A stretch of 64,000 nt of DNA from the human T2T-CHM13v2.0 reference genome, Homo sapiens. Shown here piece after piece: positions 28,127 to 41,044 of this stretch. The notes below the pieces were generated by a model. That model did not search any database and was not told the origin of the DNA. It was given only the letters and a program-made list of their open reading frames with translations. The DNA lies in NCBI RefSeq assembly GCF_009914755.1, contig NC_060942.1. One strand, 5' to 3'. The position numbers and the translations under genes were made by a program. Position 1 is the first letter of the stretch, and the number at the start of each line of letters is the position of its first letter.

Positions 28127-28352
28127 CAGGGCTTCTCAACCTAAGAACCGCTGACATTTGAAGCTGAATAATTCTTGTGATAGGGTGGTTGTCCTGAGCA
28201 TTGTGAGATATTTACTAACATTGTTGGCTTCTAACGCCAGATGTAAGTGGCATCCCCTTCCTTCCATTATGACAATCAAAATTTCTCCAGATATTTCCAA
28301 ATGTACCCTGGGAAACAACTTCTTCCATTTGAGATTAGAGAATACCCTACTG
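28127..28352 (+). mobile_element. MER20 (hAT-Charlie)
   Basis: cagggcttctcaacctaag...tgacatttgaagctgaataattcttg...gacaatcaaaatttctccagatatttccaaatgtaccctggg. Confidence 0.85.
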
Positions 28353-28919
28353 GGACAGTAATATATATATATAGACATACATACCTTTGGTGCGTTGCAA
28401 TGGTTACTGCAGGTATAAACTAGCCAGAATTCCAACTTTGTTCCACCTTTGTTATAATTTATTTCTCAATTTGGTGTTAAGTTGTTAGGAAATGACTTAA
28501 TGTGTTATTTCATGGTGTTGTTCTGATAGAAGTTATTGAGATAAGGTATTAAGGGCAGACAGCAGTGTTGCTGACTCCATTTTCTTCTGGTCATCTAATA
28601 CTGAAAAGGGCCTGGCCATTTGGATAGGCCCCAGTGCTGCAGGCATCTCGTGAAGAGACATGAGAGGAGACTTCTGCAAGAAGGATACAAATTTCAGTTT
28701 CTAATTGACCAAACATTTATCAAAATCCACCCATGGTGATGATAAAACTAAGAGGCATTCTCTTCCATCAGATCTTATCCTAGTGGATGGATTTTTCTAC
28801 ATCTTTCAAAGAAGGAAAACAAAAGAGAAAGTTCTTGGGAGGGGTCTAAGGAAATGTGCTTCCTTTGATTATTTTACTTCTCTCAGATCTTGATTCTTCA
28901 AGTAGTGCTTACACAAATG

Positions 28920-29140
28920 ATATTATAATAGCAAGAGCTTCTATTTATTATAGAAGTACAATATTCCAGCTGTTATTGCATTTAATCATGATAGGAATTT
29001 TGAGTTGTATTTTATTACCATTTTATAGATGAAAAACTGAAGACTCAGAGATGAGTAACTTGAAGACATCTGACAGATGGCTCAGCCAGGATCTTAACCT
29101 AAGTCTGTCTAATTCCAAAACTTTTGCTCAGATCAACCAT
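28920..29140 (-). mobile_element. MIR
   Basis: ccattttatagatgaaaaactgaagactcagagatgagtaacttg. Confidence 0.75.
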
Positions 29141-29461
29141 ACAGCCATCCCCTTAAAAATAACGATTTTGAATCTTCACATTATTAGTTATTAATATGCT
29201 TTAAATATTCTTATATTGCCAAACTGTAATAGTAGACTGTAGAAATGATTTCTTTTTTTTCCAAACGAGAATTTGGAGAGCAAATTCTGAGAATTTGGTA
29301 GATAAATGAGTCATGTGACTGAAGCAGAAAAAAGTTGAGTTAGCACTTGGCACAGCATATGCAAATTATATTTTGTTGTTGAATAAAAACATTGAGGCCA
29401 TTTGAGAAAAGAAAAAGACCTATCTTGGTGAGTCTACTGGGAGTCTTGGAAAGGACACAGG

Positions 29462-29817
29462 CGTCTTAGTCCATTTTCTGCTGCTATAACAAAATATCAC
29501 AGACTAGGTAATTTACTTTAAAAAGGAATTTATTTCTCACAGTTCTAGAGAGTGAAAAGTGCAAGATCGAGGCCTTTGCAAGACTGGCTATTTAGTGAAG
29601 ACTGCATCCTCCAGAAGAAAGGAATGCCGTGTCCTCACATGGCAGGAGACAAAAGGGCAAGAGGCCAAATGCTGTGTGAAGCCTTTTTATAAGGGTCTAA
29701 ATCCTATTCTTGAGGAAGGAGGCTTCATGTCCTAATTACCCCTTAAAGCCTTCAACTCTTAGTACTATCACATTGGTAACACCTGAATTTTGAATGGCAC
29801 ACATTTAAACCCCAGCA
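29462..29817 (-). mobile_element. MSTD/MLT1A-like solo LTR (ERVL-MaLR)
   Basis: gtcttagtccattttctgctgctataacaaaatatcacagactaggtaattt...gtcctcacatggc...acatttaaaccccagca. Confidence 0.85.
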
Positions 29818-30329
29818 ATAAGCTTCCAGTTGCTAGTGCCCTCTTCAAGAAGCTAATGAGATTTTCATACAAAATTAACTTAGGAAAATAGGAAAGAAGC
29901 CAGCCCCTTTAAAGTGCACTGAGAAAATCTACTGGGCTTGGAATAATTAATTAGTGACTATTGAGTAAATATACTGTCAACCTGGGTCTTGAAAAAGAGA
30001 CATTTTGTAGAGAAAAGGGAATTTTGCAGAAACTGAGGTGGGTTGGAACTAAAGTCACCTCTTAAAAATAGAAGGCAGCAGTGCAATGAACTATAGTCAA
30101 GGGAAGAAACTGTTAAGTATCACTTTAGTTTGCCTTATCAATCAGTTACTGAAGGCCACCGATGTGCTAGGGGAAGGGCTAGGCACATGTCAATGTGAAG
30201 ATGAATAAATCTTGATGTTCACTATAAACATACTGATAGTTTTTTGGGGGCTAAATGAAGGAACATACAATTTCAATATTATATGGCAAATACTATGACA
30301 CATTGTGGGTTAAAAAAATGGCTTTCTCA

Positions 30330-30630
30330 CACCAGGCATGGTGGCTCATGCCTGTAATCTCAGCACTTTGGGAGGCTGAGGCAGGCAGTTCATTTGAGGT
30401 CAGGAGTTCAAGACCAGCCTGGCCAACATGGTGAGACCCCATCTCTACTAAAAATACAACAATCAACTAGGTGTGGTGGCATGTGCCTGTAATTCCAGCT
30501 ACTCAGGAGGTCTGAGCCTGGGAGACAGAGGCTGCAGTGAGCTGAGATCGCATCACTGCACTCCAGCCTGAGCCACAGAGGGAGATTCTGTCAAAAAAAA
30601 AAAAAAGAAAGAAAGAAAGAAAGAAAGAAA
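30330..30630 (+). mobile_element. Alu (Sz/Jb-like) with right-arm deletion and (AAAG)n tail
   Basis: Intact left arm; right arm jumps from actcaggagg to tgagcctggg; gctttctc flanks both ends. Confidence 0.93.
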
Positions 30631-31774
30631 GCTTTCTCTCTAACAGTTTTGAATCATGGATTCCAAAAGGAATCCACGATTGTTAATGAAGTTCTAGAGT
30701 GGAAATACAGAATGTTGTAAGAATGGAGAAAATTTCTAGTCACCAATTTTAAAAAAAGAATTGAATGAGTTATGTAAAACACTGTGACTCCATAACTCAA
30801 ATTTGGCCTTAACTCTGGTGATCTTCATATAGTGTTATGCCAATTTGGTGCAGGAAGAGCTGATTCTATTGAGGAAAGGCAAAACATCTGAGTCTAACCT
30901 AACTGACTAATGAGAAAATTCTAGCAGACAGTAAGAAGAAAACCATGCAATTTATTATCACTACTTTTGTACTGTCTTTCAACACTAATTTCTTTATTGC
31001 CGTCTTTTAAAACTTCTTTTTGCTTTTTCCCAGTTGTAGGCATTAACATGGTTCTTGAAAATATAGGAGGTTATGCTCAACTTTGCAGTTAGCCAAGTGT
31101 GAAAAGAACCAAGATGGAAAGAAAATAATATAATGCTGTAAATTATTTGGCTGAGAGTTGGTGTCCAGTTTTGTAAGGCAGTGATAGCTAGAAAGAAAAT
31201 CACACAAAACAAACAAACAAACAGAAAAACAGGGCTGAAGAGGAGAGATTAAAGAATTACTTCAGCCAAGGAATAGTAATGGGAAGACAACACTGAGGAA
31301 AAGTCCACACCTCTTACATGGGCATAAAGAAAATGCACAATAAATATCTGGATAAAATGAGAAGGTAGAAAGTAGGGAAAAATAATGGGAGGGAAAAAGA
31401 AATTAAAGAAGTGAGACAAGGGAGAAAGGAGGAAAGAGTAGAAATGGGAAAGAAGAGAAAAGGAAAGAAAGAAAATAGGATTGAAGTGTGATCCCTTTGC
31501 AGCACTCTTTCCAGAATATACTAGAAGCAGTGTGAGCTTTGGAAACCAAAAAGACTGGGATTTGTTCATAGTTCTGTATCTTCTTACATTATTTTAAGTA
31601 GTTCCACTAACCTCCCTGAGCTTCTGTTTCTAAAGAAAATGTATGCAACTAGCTAAGCACTTAAAAAATGAGAGCTGCTTTCATTATTGGTATTTTTTGC
31701 TGAAACTTAATCATGTACTATATATTTTTTGTCAATTAACTTCTTATGTGTATTATTCTTGATCCTACCTTTTA

Positions 31775-32150
31775 TTAGACAGCCCATTCTACGTTATGGT
31801 GCTACAATAAACAACTTTAAAATCTCAGAGGCTTAAATTATGTTATACTTTGTGTGTATTGTATATCAGTGATGTCCCTGCTCTAATTCATCCTTACTCC
31901 AGGACCCAGACTGATGGAGTCTTCATTGTCTGGAAGGTAAATGAGGACCACGGCAGCAGAAAAGTTATACACTACCTCTTAAACACTTTCCCAAGAAGTG
32001 ACACACATCACTGCTGCTCACATATCTTTGACTAAAGCAAGACAATGGCCACATTCAACTTCAAAGTAACAATGAAATGCCATCTGTCATATGCCCAGAG
32101 AGAGAAAATTATGAAAACTCTTACAAAGGCACAAATGACTCTTCTACCTC
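31775..32150 (-). mobile_element. MLT1I-like LTR
   Basis: tccttactccaggacccagactgatggag...gaagtgacacacatcactgctgctcacat...ggccacattcaacttcaaag. Confidence 0.75.
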
Positions 32151-32154
32151 ACCA

Positions 32155-32290
32155 ACCAAGTTTCCTCATTGATAAAATAAGGAAATGGGAGCACTTATTT
32201 TATAATGTTTCTATGAACATTATGGTAGTAAACACATATGGAACATTTAGAACAGTGTCCAGCATATGGTGATCCTGTAATCATTGCTGG
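32155..32290 (+). mobile_element. MIR 3' half
   Basis: tttcctcattgataaaataagg...catttagaacagtgtccagcatatggt. Confidence 0.65.
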
Positions 32291-34841
32291 ATATTGGGAT
32301 CTATTGTTATCAAAAACCTTTCTAAGACCCACGTCATGGTTTGTGCTGACTTGCCTCTCCGTGAGCACTTTGCCTGGTGCTTTGCACAATCTAGTTACTC
32401 AATAAATATTTGCTGAATTGAATTGAATAGTGTTCCAGCAGCATGGCTGAGACCACCCACCAGCTGGCAGACCAAGCACATGTAGGATTATCAGTTCCAT
32501 TTCCCCTGCCAAACACCAATGCACTCCACTAAGCATCCCTCAGCTGCGATTCTCTATTTTGGCAACCTAATTGACCTTAATGTAAATGTTCCCAGCCACA
32601 TAAAACATGTTGTGAAGTGCACAACAGCAGTCACAGTTGACTGCCAGCTGCCATCACACTATGTGTATGCAATTTATTCCTCCACAAACCCTCTTGAACA
32701 TAATAAATAACAATGCCTTTCTTAGAAACCTCCCAACAGTCAGCACACAGGGTACCAGTGGCACATTTTAATGACTGCAACAAAAGAAAAGAAAAAGAAA
32801 AAAAAATACATGCCAGACTTTAAAAACAAGAGCCTACCTTCTAATATAAAGACACTCTTTGATGTGAGCCTAAGAGAAGGTCTCCCGCCTACCTGGAGTC
32901 TATTTGGATTGTATTCCTTTGCATTTCCTGCACAATTTAATATGAGGCCATCAAAGGGGGGGAAAAAGCTGCATTATGAAAAGGGAACAGAGTTTTTGTT
33001 TTCTCTCTGTCATCCTTATGCTGAGGGACCTCAACCACCCCACTTATTTTCTGGATGTTAGTTTCTGCATCTATTAAATGGAGAATATAATGCTTGCATG
33101 ATGTCTTTCCAGAAGCTGGTGAGAGAAATGGACAGAGTTAGTAATATAAAAATTATATGAATAGGTCTAAATAATTGTGCAAATATCAGAGAACATCAGT
33201 AAAAATATTTTCTTTTGGATCTTGGTATCCTCTTTATTTCTTTTTTTTTTTTTATGTTTGATCTGAGTCAACGATTTGCTGTAGGGTCGCTGATATTTTC
33301 CTAAAGGTCATGTTTAATGAGTAGCAAATCAAGGCAGAAAAAGAACACCCTGATCTCAGACATGTCCTACAGAGAGGCCCGTCACCCAGGTTTGTGCTTA
33401 AACTCAACATCTTGACAATCCTAGTCAGGTAAGAACATCTTAATCCATTCAAATTCTCTTAACCTGAAATTTATGAAGATAATTGAAAAATTGATTGAGA
33501 ACCACTGAACTCAAGAGCTAACAACTAAATGGAATGTCTGAGGTGTTAAGAAGTGTGCACATCTAGATGCAAAGACACTGCAGAGTTCTGGGGCAGGTGC
33601 TAGTTATGCTTTACCAGGAGCTTTGGAAGAAACCTTAAACCTGTGAAGGGGGGGGATGAAAAACAATATTTTTGTTAAGCCAGCCAGGATCCTTTTGTCA
33701 TTGACCTTTGACCCATTTGTGTCTATCCATCCCATTTTTATCTCATGCTGTTCTATACCATGAAGCAATTCTCTCATCAGGGTCTTTGCTACGCTCCATA
33801 TGAATATCTTAGTTATTCTTTAAATTGTGATCCACTTGTTTGAAGCTTCCACATTTATGTGTGGGTGCATGCTCTATTCAATTTATTTATAAGAAAGCAT
33901 TTTCTCCTATACTTTTGTGAAATGCTAGCTACCTCTTTCATTTCTTCTGTGGGATACCTTTCCTCCTTCAACAGGTGCACAATCTAAATTGTAAATTAGA
34001 GTAATTCAGGTTCTCAACATTAGTAAAAACAAATAATCTCATGTTGATAAGGGTCATTTGCCTCCAAACAGATCAAGAGTTTCTGGTGGTTTTAGTTACA
34101 TGGCCAATTTCTATGATCATCTTTCCTGAGGATTCAAAAGGAAAGTGAAAACTTAATGTACAAATCAACTACTTAAAGCTCTCTTCCAACTCTTGTCAAG
34201 CACAAAATACAACTTTTCAAACAAAGTCACTAAGTCGTCTTGACTATACCCAGAGAAAAATGTATTGAGAAAATGGAACAGTCAAACAAACAAGCAAATA
34301 CACAAATAAAAATGAGTGTAATTGAAAAGAAAATAATTATAAAATACAGAATAAAGAGGAAGAAAAGAAGAAACACATTGGGGTGAGGAGCGTACAAAGA
34401 AACAACAAGCTAAAACCAGCCCCTGGTTGATGTGTCTTCTTCCCAAGCAGCTGTGAAGCAGGAAGGCCTGGGAAAGGAGGAGGATGGGAGAGTTGGGAAG
34501 TTTTCCTCGTCCTATTTGAGTCACATCTTCATAGGGGGCTTAATTCCTTCATTTGAACAAATAAGTTTCTAAACATTGACAATTAAGCTTTGCCAACATT
34601 TATTAAATATATCAAAACTAAAAATGTAAACTATATGCAATTATTCCCCATTTTGTTTTCCTTCTCTATTTTGTTTTGTTTTGTTTTAGTTTTTCCTGAC
34701 ATTTCACTGTCTGAACCTATTCTTCTAGGTCCAATGACAATCATTTTTCCTCTCATGAAGTCATTGGACAATTTTTTTATCAAATTTAATACTGTACATA
34801 TTAAAAGAACAACAAGTGAAGTAAGTACAATTTATTTATTT

Positions 34842-35150
34842 AATATATGTATATATATATATATATTTTTTTTTTTTTTGAGACAGAGTCTTGCTCTGTC
34901 ACTCAGGAGTGCAATGGCAGAATCTTGGCTCACTGCAACCTCCACTTCCCAGGTTCAAGAAATTCTCAGCCTCCCGAGTAGCTGGGATTACATGTGCCTG
35001 CCACCACATGCAGCTAATTTTTGTATTTTTAGTAGAGATGGAGTTTCATCATGTTGGCCAGACTGATCTTGAACTCCTGACCTCAAGTGATCAACCTGCC
35101 TTGACCTCCCAAAGTGCCGGGATTACAAGCATAAGCCACCACGCCTGGCC
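34842..35150 (-). mobile_element. AluS (Sx/Sz-like) with tail-derived (TA)n
   Basis: (TA)n plus poly-T, both arms, ends cctggcc. Confidence 0.95.
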
Positions 35151-35388
35151 TATACACTTTACATTGACTGTATTGTGTATTATTTCCTAAATGTTGCCTG
35201 TGGGTTAGGTTAGATTGTGAGAACCTTCATGTAAAGTTTTGATTTAGAACAAAGTATATGAAGAAATAACAGATATAGCATTATCCCTTATTGGATACTG
35301 GGCAATATATTGAGGATACTCTATATTTGCTACTTTTCTTGGTTCTTCTTCCTTATCTAATAGAGGAAGAAAAGAAGAAAGGAAAGAA

Positions 35389-35699
35389 GGCCGGGGGTGG
35401 TGGCTCACGCCTGTAATCCCAGCACTTTGGGAGGCTGAGACGGGCGGATCACGAGGTCAGGAGATCGAGACCATCCTGGCTAAAACGGTGAAACCCTGTC
35501 TTTACTAAAAATACAACAAATTAGCTGGGCATGGTGGCAGGCACCTGTAGCCCTAGCTACTCGGGAGGCTGAGGCAGGAGAATGGCGTGAACTCAGGAGG
35601 CGGAACTTGCAGTGAGCCGAGATCGTACCACTGCACTCCAGTCTGGGTGACAGAGCAAGACTCCGTCTCAAAAAACAAACAAAAAAAAAAAAAAAAAAA
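35389..35699 (+). mobile_element. AluY
   Basis: ggatcacgaggtcaggagatcgagaccatcctggctaa; aatggcgtgaac; TSD aagaaaggaaagaa at 35375-35388 and 35700-35713. Confidence 0.96.
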
Positions 35700-35997
35700 A
35701 AGAAAGGAAAGAAAAGAAAAAAGTTAGAAAGGTAGGAAAGGGAAAATAGGGAAGATGCAAAAACATTGATTAACAACCCACTTTTTTTCAGACAAGAGGT
35801 CCAATAATTTAAATATATTGTGCTTTTAATTATCCATCAATACTAGAAGAACCATTATTATTGGCTTTATGAAATAAATGGCCTTATACAGGTTAACTTG
35901 TATAGAGTCACATGGCTAGAAATCAGTAGGTGTCTATTTGATTTCAGACTGTCATTTGTTTGTTTATTGATATAGTAACAGCATGAATAATTTGAAT

Positions 35998-36202
35998 TAT
36001 GCTATTCAGTGTGGTAGCCACCAGCCTCATGTGGCTATTTAAACTAGTTAAAATTAAATAAAAGTAAGAATATACCCTGACACTTGCATTAGCCACATTT
36101 TAAGTGTTCAATTACCACATTTGTCAAGTAGCTACTGTAATGAAAAATAGAGCTATAGAATTTTCCTATCATTGCAAAAGTTTCCACTAGAAAGAGCGGT
36201 TG
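35998..36202. mobile_element. MER3 (hAT-Charlie)
   Basis: gtggtagccaccagcctcatgtggctatttaaa...tagccacattttaagtgttcaattaccacat...tatcattgcaaaagtttc. Confidence 0.8.
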
Positions 36203-37369
36203 TTCAATGTAGGCTTTTCGTGGGTCAGAAACAATCCATTTCCATTGATTTCTGTGAGGCTTACCACTGCACATATGTTGTTATTTCCTATTCTTCTTTG
36301 AGGAAAATATTTTACCAGACAAAAAAATATGCTGATCAATTTTTGATTATTTTAATGCTGAGGGAAATAGTTATAAAATATTCAGGTCCAAATTCTTGGT
36401 AGACCTCTGCAAAGTGTTTGGTGAAATTTATGGGTGCAGCTGGTTTGCAGTTGTAAAACCTTATATTTTTAATGCAAAATGGCATCTGTGCCTGCTAATT
36501 GGATACTTAGGCATACACACATAAATTGCCTGGGAATTAGAAAGGTGTATTTCTTCAGTCTGCCCACATCTTGCCATTTTGAGAATCATTGCTCGGATTC
36601 ATTTTTTTATCTGTGTTATTCTTGTAGAGTGGGTGGGAAAAAGCCTTCTCCTTGTTATAAATATTGCCCGCTGGGAAAACATTCTTCCTCCTCCTAATCC
36701 AGTTTTAATCCTTTCAAGCTCTGAACTCAGAAACCACTGTCTGTGTGGTAGCTGCTATTCAAAATAAGTTTGAGCTCTGTGATCACTGCCACCTGTCCTG
36801 TGAGACAGGAAGAATCAAATTTGTAAATGCCACTGGCAACCCTGTCTTTAGAGTTGGATTCAAATTTAACTATGAGGCCACAGAAAAGCAGTTAGGCCAA
36901 AACCTTGCCTAGCCTTTCTGAACATTTTCATTCTCTGCTGGTATTGTCTAGTTTGCAATGCAAAGGCAATAGGATTGAGGGATATTCTGCTACAATTTTC
37001 ATGCAAAAGTTTATTAAATATGTCCTCATAATTTTTGTGAGCCCTAGAAAAGATGACTTGGACCCCAGAGTCTATACTTCTCTCATCCGAGAAGATTGCT
37101 TTATCATTCTTCCGTGCACTGGTAATTTCCATCAGAAAGCTTGCTAACCTGGTATTGACAATTATAAACCATAATCAAAAGGTGAAAAAGGCTCACCCAC
37201 ACTGATCTACAGTAAAGCCGATATCAGCTATCTGGGAAGAAAAGAAACACAAGAAAGTAAACACCAAAGTGTGGGTATATCTGCCCTTTTTATGTGAGCA
37301 TTACAGAGTGTGAAACATGAATGCAAAGAAAGAGAATAATTTTCAGAGATTTAATCCCTTCAGAATAGA

Positions 37370-37432
37370 AAGCTTTGGTTGCAGTTTAAGGAGCCTTTTC
37401 ACCTCAAGGTCACAGCTCGAATCTCATCTGGA
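37370..37432 (+). mobile_element. Ancient tRNA-derived SINE head (LF-SINE/AmnSINE2-like) fragment
   Basis: gagccttttcacctcaaggtcacagctcgaatc resembles the recalled LF-SINE head GAGCCTTTCACCTCTAGGTCACCGGTTCGAATC. Confidence 0.45.
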
Positions 37433-37949
37433 TTTGTGTATAGTGTTCACATTCAATTATTTTTGAGCTCTTTCTGCAGTATTGCTTCCTTGTATTGCAT
37501 ATACTATTTATGCCCATTGGGCCTTTTGCACATTTGTCCTGCACATTTTGTCTGCTCCTGTGGCTAATACAGACTGATCTTTTAAATCAGCTGATTGGGT
37601 TATAATGGATAATTTATCCTCTTTCTTCCTTTTTTCCTCCACATATAACCATGTTGGAATCAGACTTCCTGGTCCTTGACGCCCAATAGGGGGAGAAAAT
37701 AAGACTGCTCTTGGGACAAGTTAAGTCTATAGTGGACCTTGGCACTTGGAAATGTAGGTTCTGTCTTTTAACTACTTTCAGGCTGTGTAGATACATCAAA
37801 GTGAGAAAAATCAACTGTTTTTTTATCCTTTTATTGAATATTTAAAATATACATATATGGAGAAAAATTACTTAGGCACATGCACACAAACACACATATA
37901 TTTTAAGCAGATGGTCTCCATATACTCAGTTTAAGAATAGCAGTAATTT

Positions 37950-38360
37950 TTATTAACAGATATTAATTATGAACTTATTATGTAAAAGGCATTGCCAGGA
38001 ACTGTGGGTGATAAAGATTCCAGACCTTCTCTTAATTAACTTATTTAATTGGAAGAAACATATATTTGTGAAAAACAAAATTAAAGTGCAGAGGAACACG
38101 ATGACAAACAGGTAATATATAACACCTTTTTCAGAAACTTACAGTGACAGAAGGATATTACAGTCTGGGTTGATTAGGGAAGACTTCATGCAGGAGGTAG
38201 GACAAAGAAATACAGCACAGGAATAAGTTAGGCAGAGAAAGCAAATAGTAGGACGTTCTAGAATGTTAGAAGTTGAAAATATTCATGGGGTGGGCTATGA
38301 AGAAGCTGAAATGATTGGCATGAAGCATAATCCCTTATATGAGAGATTTGAGAAATTTAA
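37950..38360 (-). mobile_element. L2 fragment
   Basis: ttatgaacttattatgtaaaaggcattgccagg...ttagggaagacttcatgcaggagg. Confidence 0.6.
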
Positions 38361-38804
38361 AGCAAAATTGAGACAGCCTTTCTTTTCCTTTAAATACCGG
38401 TAGTCAATTCCTTCCCTCTTTGCCCCTACCCGCTATTCCCTACTAATAAAAGGCTGCAGGCATAGGGTTGCAGCCCTATCCTGCAGAATCTACAGCCCTT
38501 GTCCCTAAAATGCTGAGATGACATTTGCAGTCTGTAAGGTGCAGAATCCTGCTGAGGATCCCAGCAAGGGAAGATAACCAAGCCTAACAGTGCTCAAATT
38601 GTGGTTTGGGGCTTTAACATTTTTCTTTCCTTTTCTGTTAGAGCCATCAATTGCCTTCTACAGACACTAAATTCACTTACAAAGTTTAAACAGAGAAATA
38701 AAATGGAATGCAATGATCAGGAAATTCCATTTGGCTTTTTTCTCCCTTTCATCATTTTGTTGAATGTGTGCAGAACTATATGAGGTTATTCATTTGTACC
38801 CAAA

Positions 38805-38920
38805 CAGGAATATAGGATTTGCCATATTAGATCAGTCCATTGGTCCACCAATGTTGTATTCTCACTGCCTCTGGCACCAGATGATACATGAAGCACTGGA
38901 AGAGAGCGAACTCCCCCCAT
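38805..38920 (-). mobile_element. Ancient amniote CR1-type LINE 3' terminus
   Basis: Minus strand reads ggtggaccaatggactgatctaatatggcaaatcctatattcct, similar to recalled reptile CR1 3' ends (ggaccattggtctgatccagtatggcaattcctatgttcct). Confidence 0.5.
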
Positions 38921-39785
38921 CCCCAGAAGGCAGCAAGTCAATTGTGCAGCGCAATATATGGGGTGAAAGTCTCCACTGGTCGGGGTGGGACTACATAAAT
39001 GGAATCTGGATTTGAAGATGTTTAAATAGGGCAGATGCTGCATCCATTGAACACGGACTTAGGCAGTTCTTACCTTTAGAAATTGTGTCTAGTGTCTCTG
39101 TGCTCACTTGTGTCAGAGCTTCTCTGCTCATTTTCAATTAGAAGAACTATTATTTATCTTACAGTAATAAATGGAAACAGTGGAATCAAACAGCCCCATT
39201 CCTGAGAGATGAAGACAACACTCTATGATAACTGACATGTTGCTGCTTTCTTTCTGGTGAAAGAATAAATGCAGTCAAAACCAGAACTCAGTGTAATATC
39301 TCAGGACGGCATGCCCCTCTTCCCATAGTAATTATTACAGAAATCTATAGTCTGTTCAACTTATTGGCCTATTCACTCATTCAGTCAACAGGAAAAGACA
39401 AGACGATACTGTATGAAAGTCTGACCAACATAAAGGGTGCTACAAGGATGCCCCCAAGGCTCAGGATGTTGGAGAGTTGAGGCACCATGAGTAACCACAA
39501 TGCAGGTGAGAATAAGCTCTCTGCCACAAGAGCGGTCCAACTGGAATAATGCATCCATTCAGAGAAGTGAGAGGCCAATTCCAGCTGGGATGATACGAAA
39601 CACTATGCTGCCACTTTCTTCATGAGGGGAATGTGAACAAAATATAAAATAATTAATCTGACATTCCTCAGAATCCAATATTTGTGCAATTTTTAAAAAT
39701 GTGCAAGATTATTTCTAGTTTTCCTAGTGATTTTTAACTATGCAGCTTCAGCCCAGACCTGTTGATAATGATTATAATAACGATG

Positions 39786-40765
39786 GGAGATCTGGCTATA
39801 TAATTTCTGAGGCTTAGTGCAAAATGGAACTGCAGGGTTCCAGTTTAAAAAGCAGGAAAAATGTGACCATAAGATATTGAAATATAAGGTTTTTCCTTTA
39901 TTCCAGGTCTCCTGATTGACTTACCATATGTTTTTTAAAATTTGCTATTTAATGCCATTCTTGAAACATTAAATTTAAATGATTAGCATGAATATTACTA
40001 TTCATCTTTATATTGTACGATTTCAGTTTTAAATTCAAATGTAAGAACATTTAAATTGTATATGGAATCACCAGAATTGCACAATTTGTATTTCAAGGAC
40101 ATATATTCATATATATATTTCGTTCTTACCAAAACAATGGAAACACTGTACAAAACTAACTCAACTGTTTGTTGATACTTTGTACTTTCTGATACTCTTG
40201 CATTCCACCAATACTCTCTATGTGTTGCCCTAACTTTCTCTTTCCAACTAGGGCATTATTTTCAGTGTAAGTTGTTAGCTGAAATACAGGGAAGTGACTT
40301 GTGTAAGAAAAGATAGGACAGTCATTCTCAATTGTTCGTCACTCTTAGACTGCACACATCTTTACTCTGCATTCAAAGCAACTTCTGGTTCAAATGGAAA
40401 GTGTGGCCTCTTGGGAAAAGTGTGGCCCCAGTCAGTCATAGATGTTACACACTTACCTTGTACTTTTCAGTCTCATTGCACTCCAATTCACTTTGGGTCC
40501 TTTGGAATTCTGTGTTCTTGGTACCTTGTGAATTTTAAATGCAAATGGTTAGCAAGGAAGGTAATCCTGCATGTTGAGAGAATCTCCTCTGCACACACGC
40601 TTGCTCCATTGTCCCATTGAACGTCACTTATAAAACACAAGTTCAAAGATAAAATGTGTTAGGAATCCAAAACAGTGACAATAGGACATTAAACCAAATA
40701 TGGTCCGCTTTTAAGACAGACCTGGGTTTGACTGCACAGGTTGCAAGCCTAGGGAGCTGGCCCTG
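39786..40765 (-). mobile_element. MER45B (hAT-Tip100), near full length
   Basis: Termini tctggctatataatttctgagg and gactgcacaggttgcaagcctagggagctggccctg; internal cacttaccttgtact, gctccattgtcccatt, aaaacacaagttcaaagataaaat. Confidence 0.85.
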
Positions 40766-41044
40766 AGTCATGACACAAATAAAATGCCTCATACATATGG
40801 AATACTGTTTATGTCTGGCTGTTTGATATAAGCTATCTTCTATACATTGTATCTTTAATTTTCACAATAGCTTGGATTTGAATCCAGGCCATCTGGGTCT
40901 AGAGTCAAGGCTTACTAATCTGGGTTTCATCTAAGCCGTATTCACAAATTATTTTTATTATGAGGCAAAATAAATTTAAAAGTGCATGATGAGACCGGGG
41001 AGAGGTTTAGTACACAATTTTTAAAAGATTGACTGAAAACCTAC

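Noticed and set aside
33285-33428. 144-nt plus-strand exon-like interval ending cag|gtaaga
   Set aside because: Stops in all three frames and a weak acceptor context; no further support
35470-35495. ggctaaaacggtg suggesting a young, polymorphic AluYa5
   Set aside because: The other Ya5 diagnostic positions are absent and many CpGs have decayed; better read as an older AluY with one parallel change
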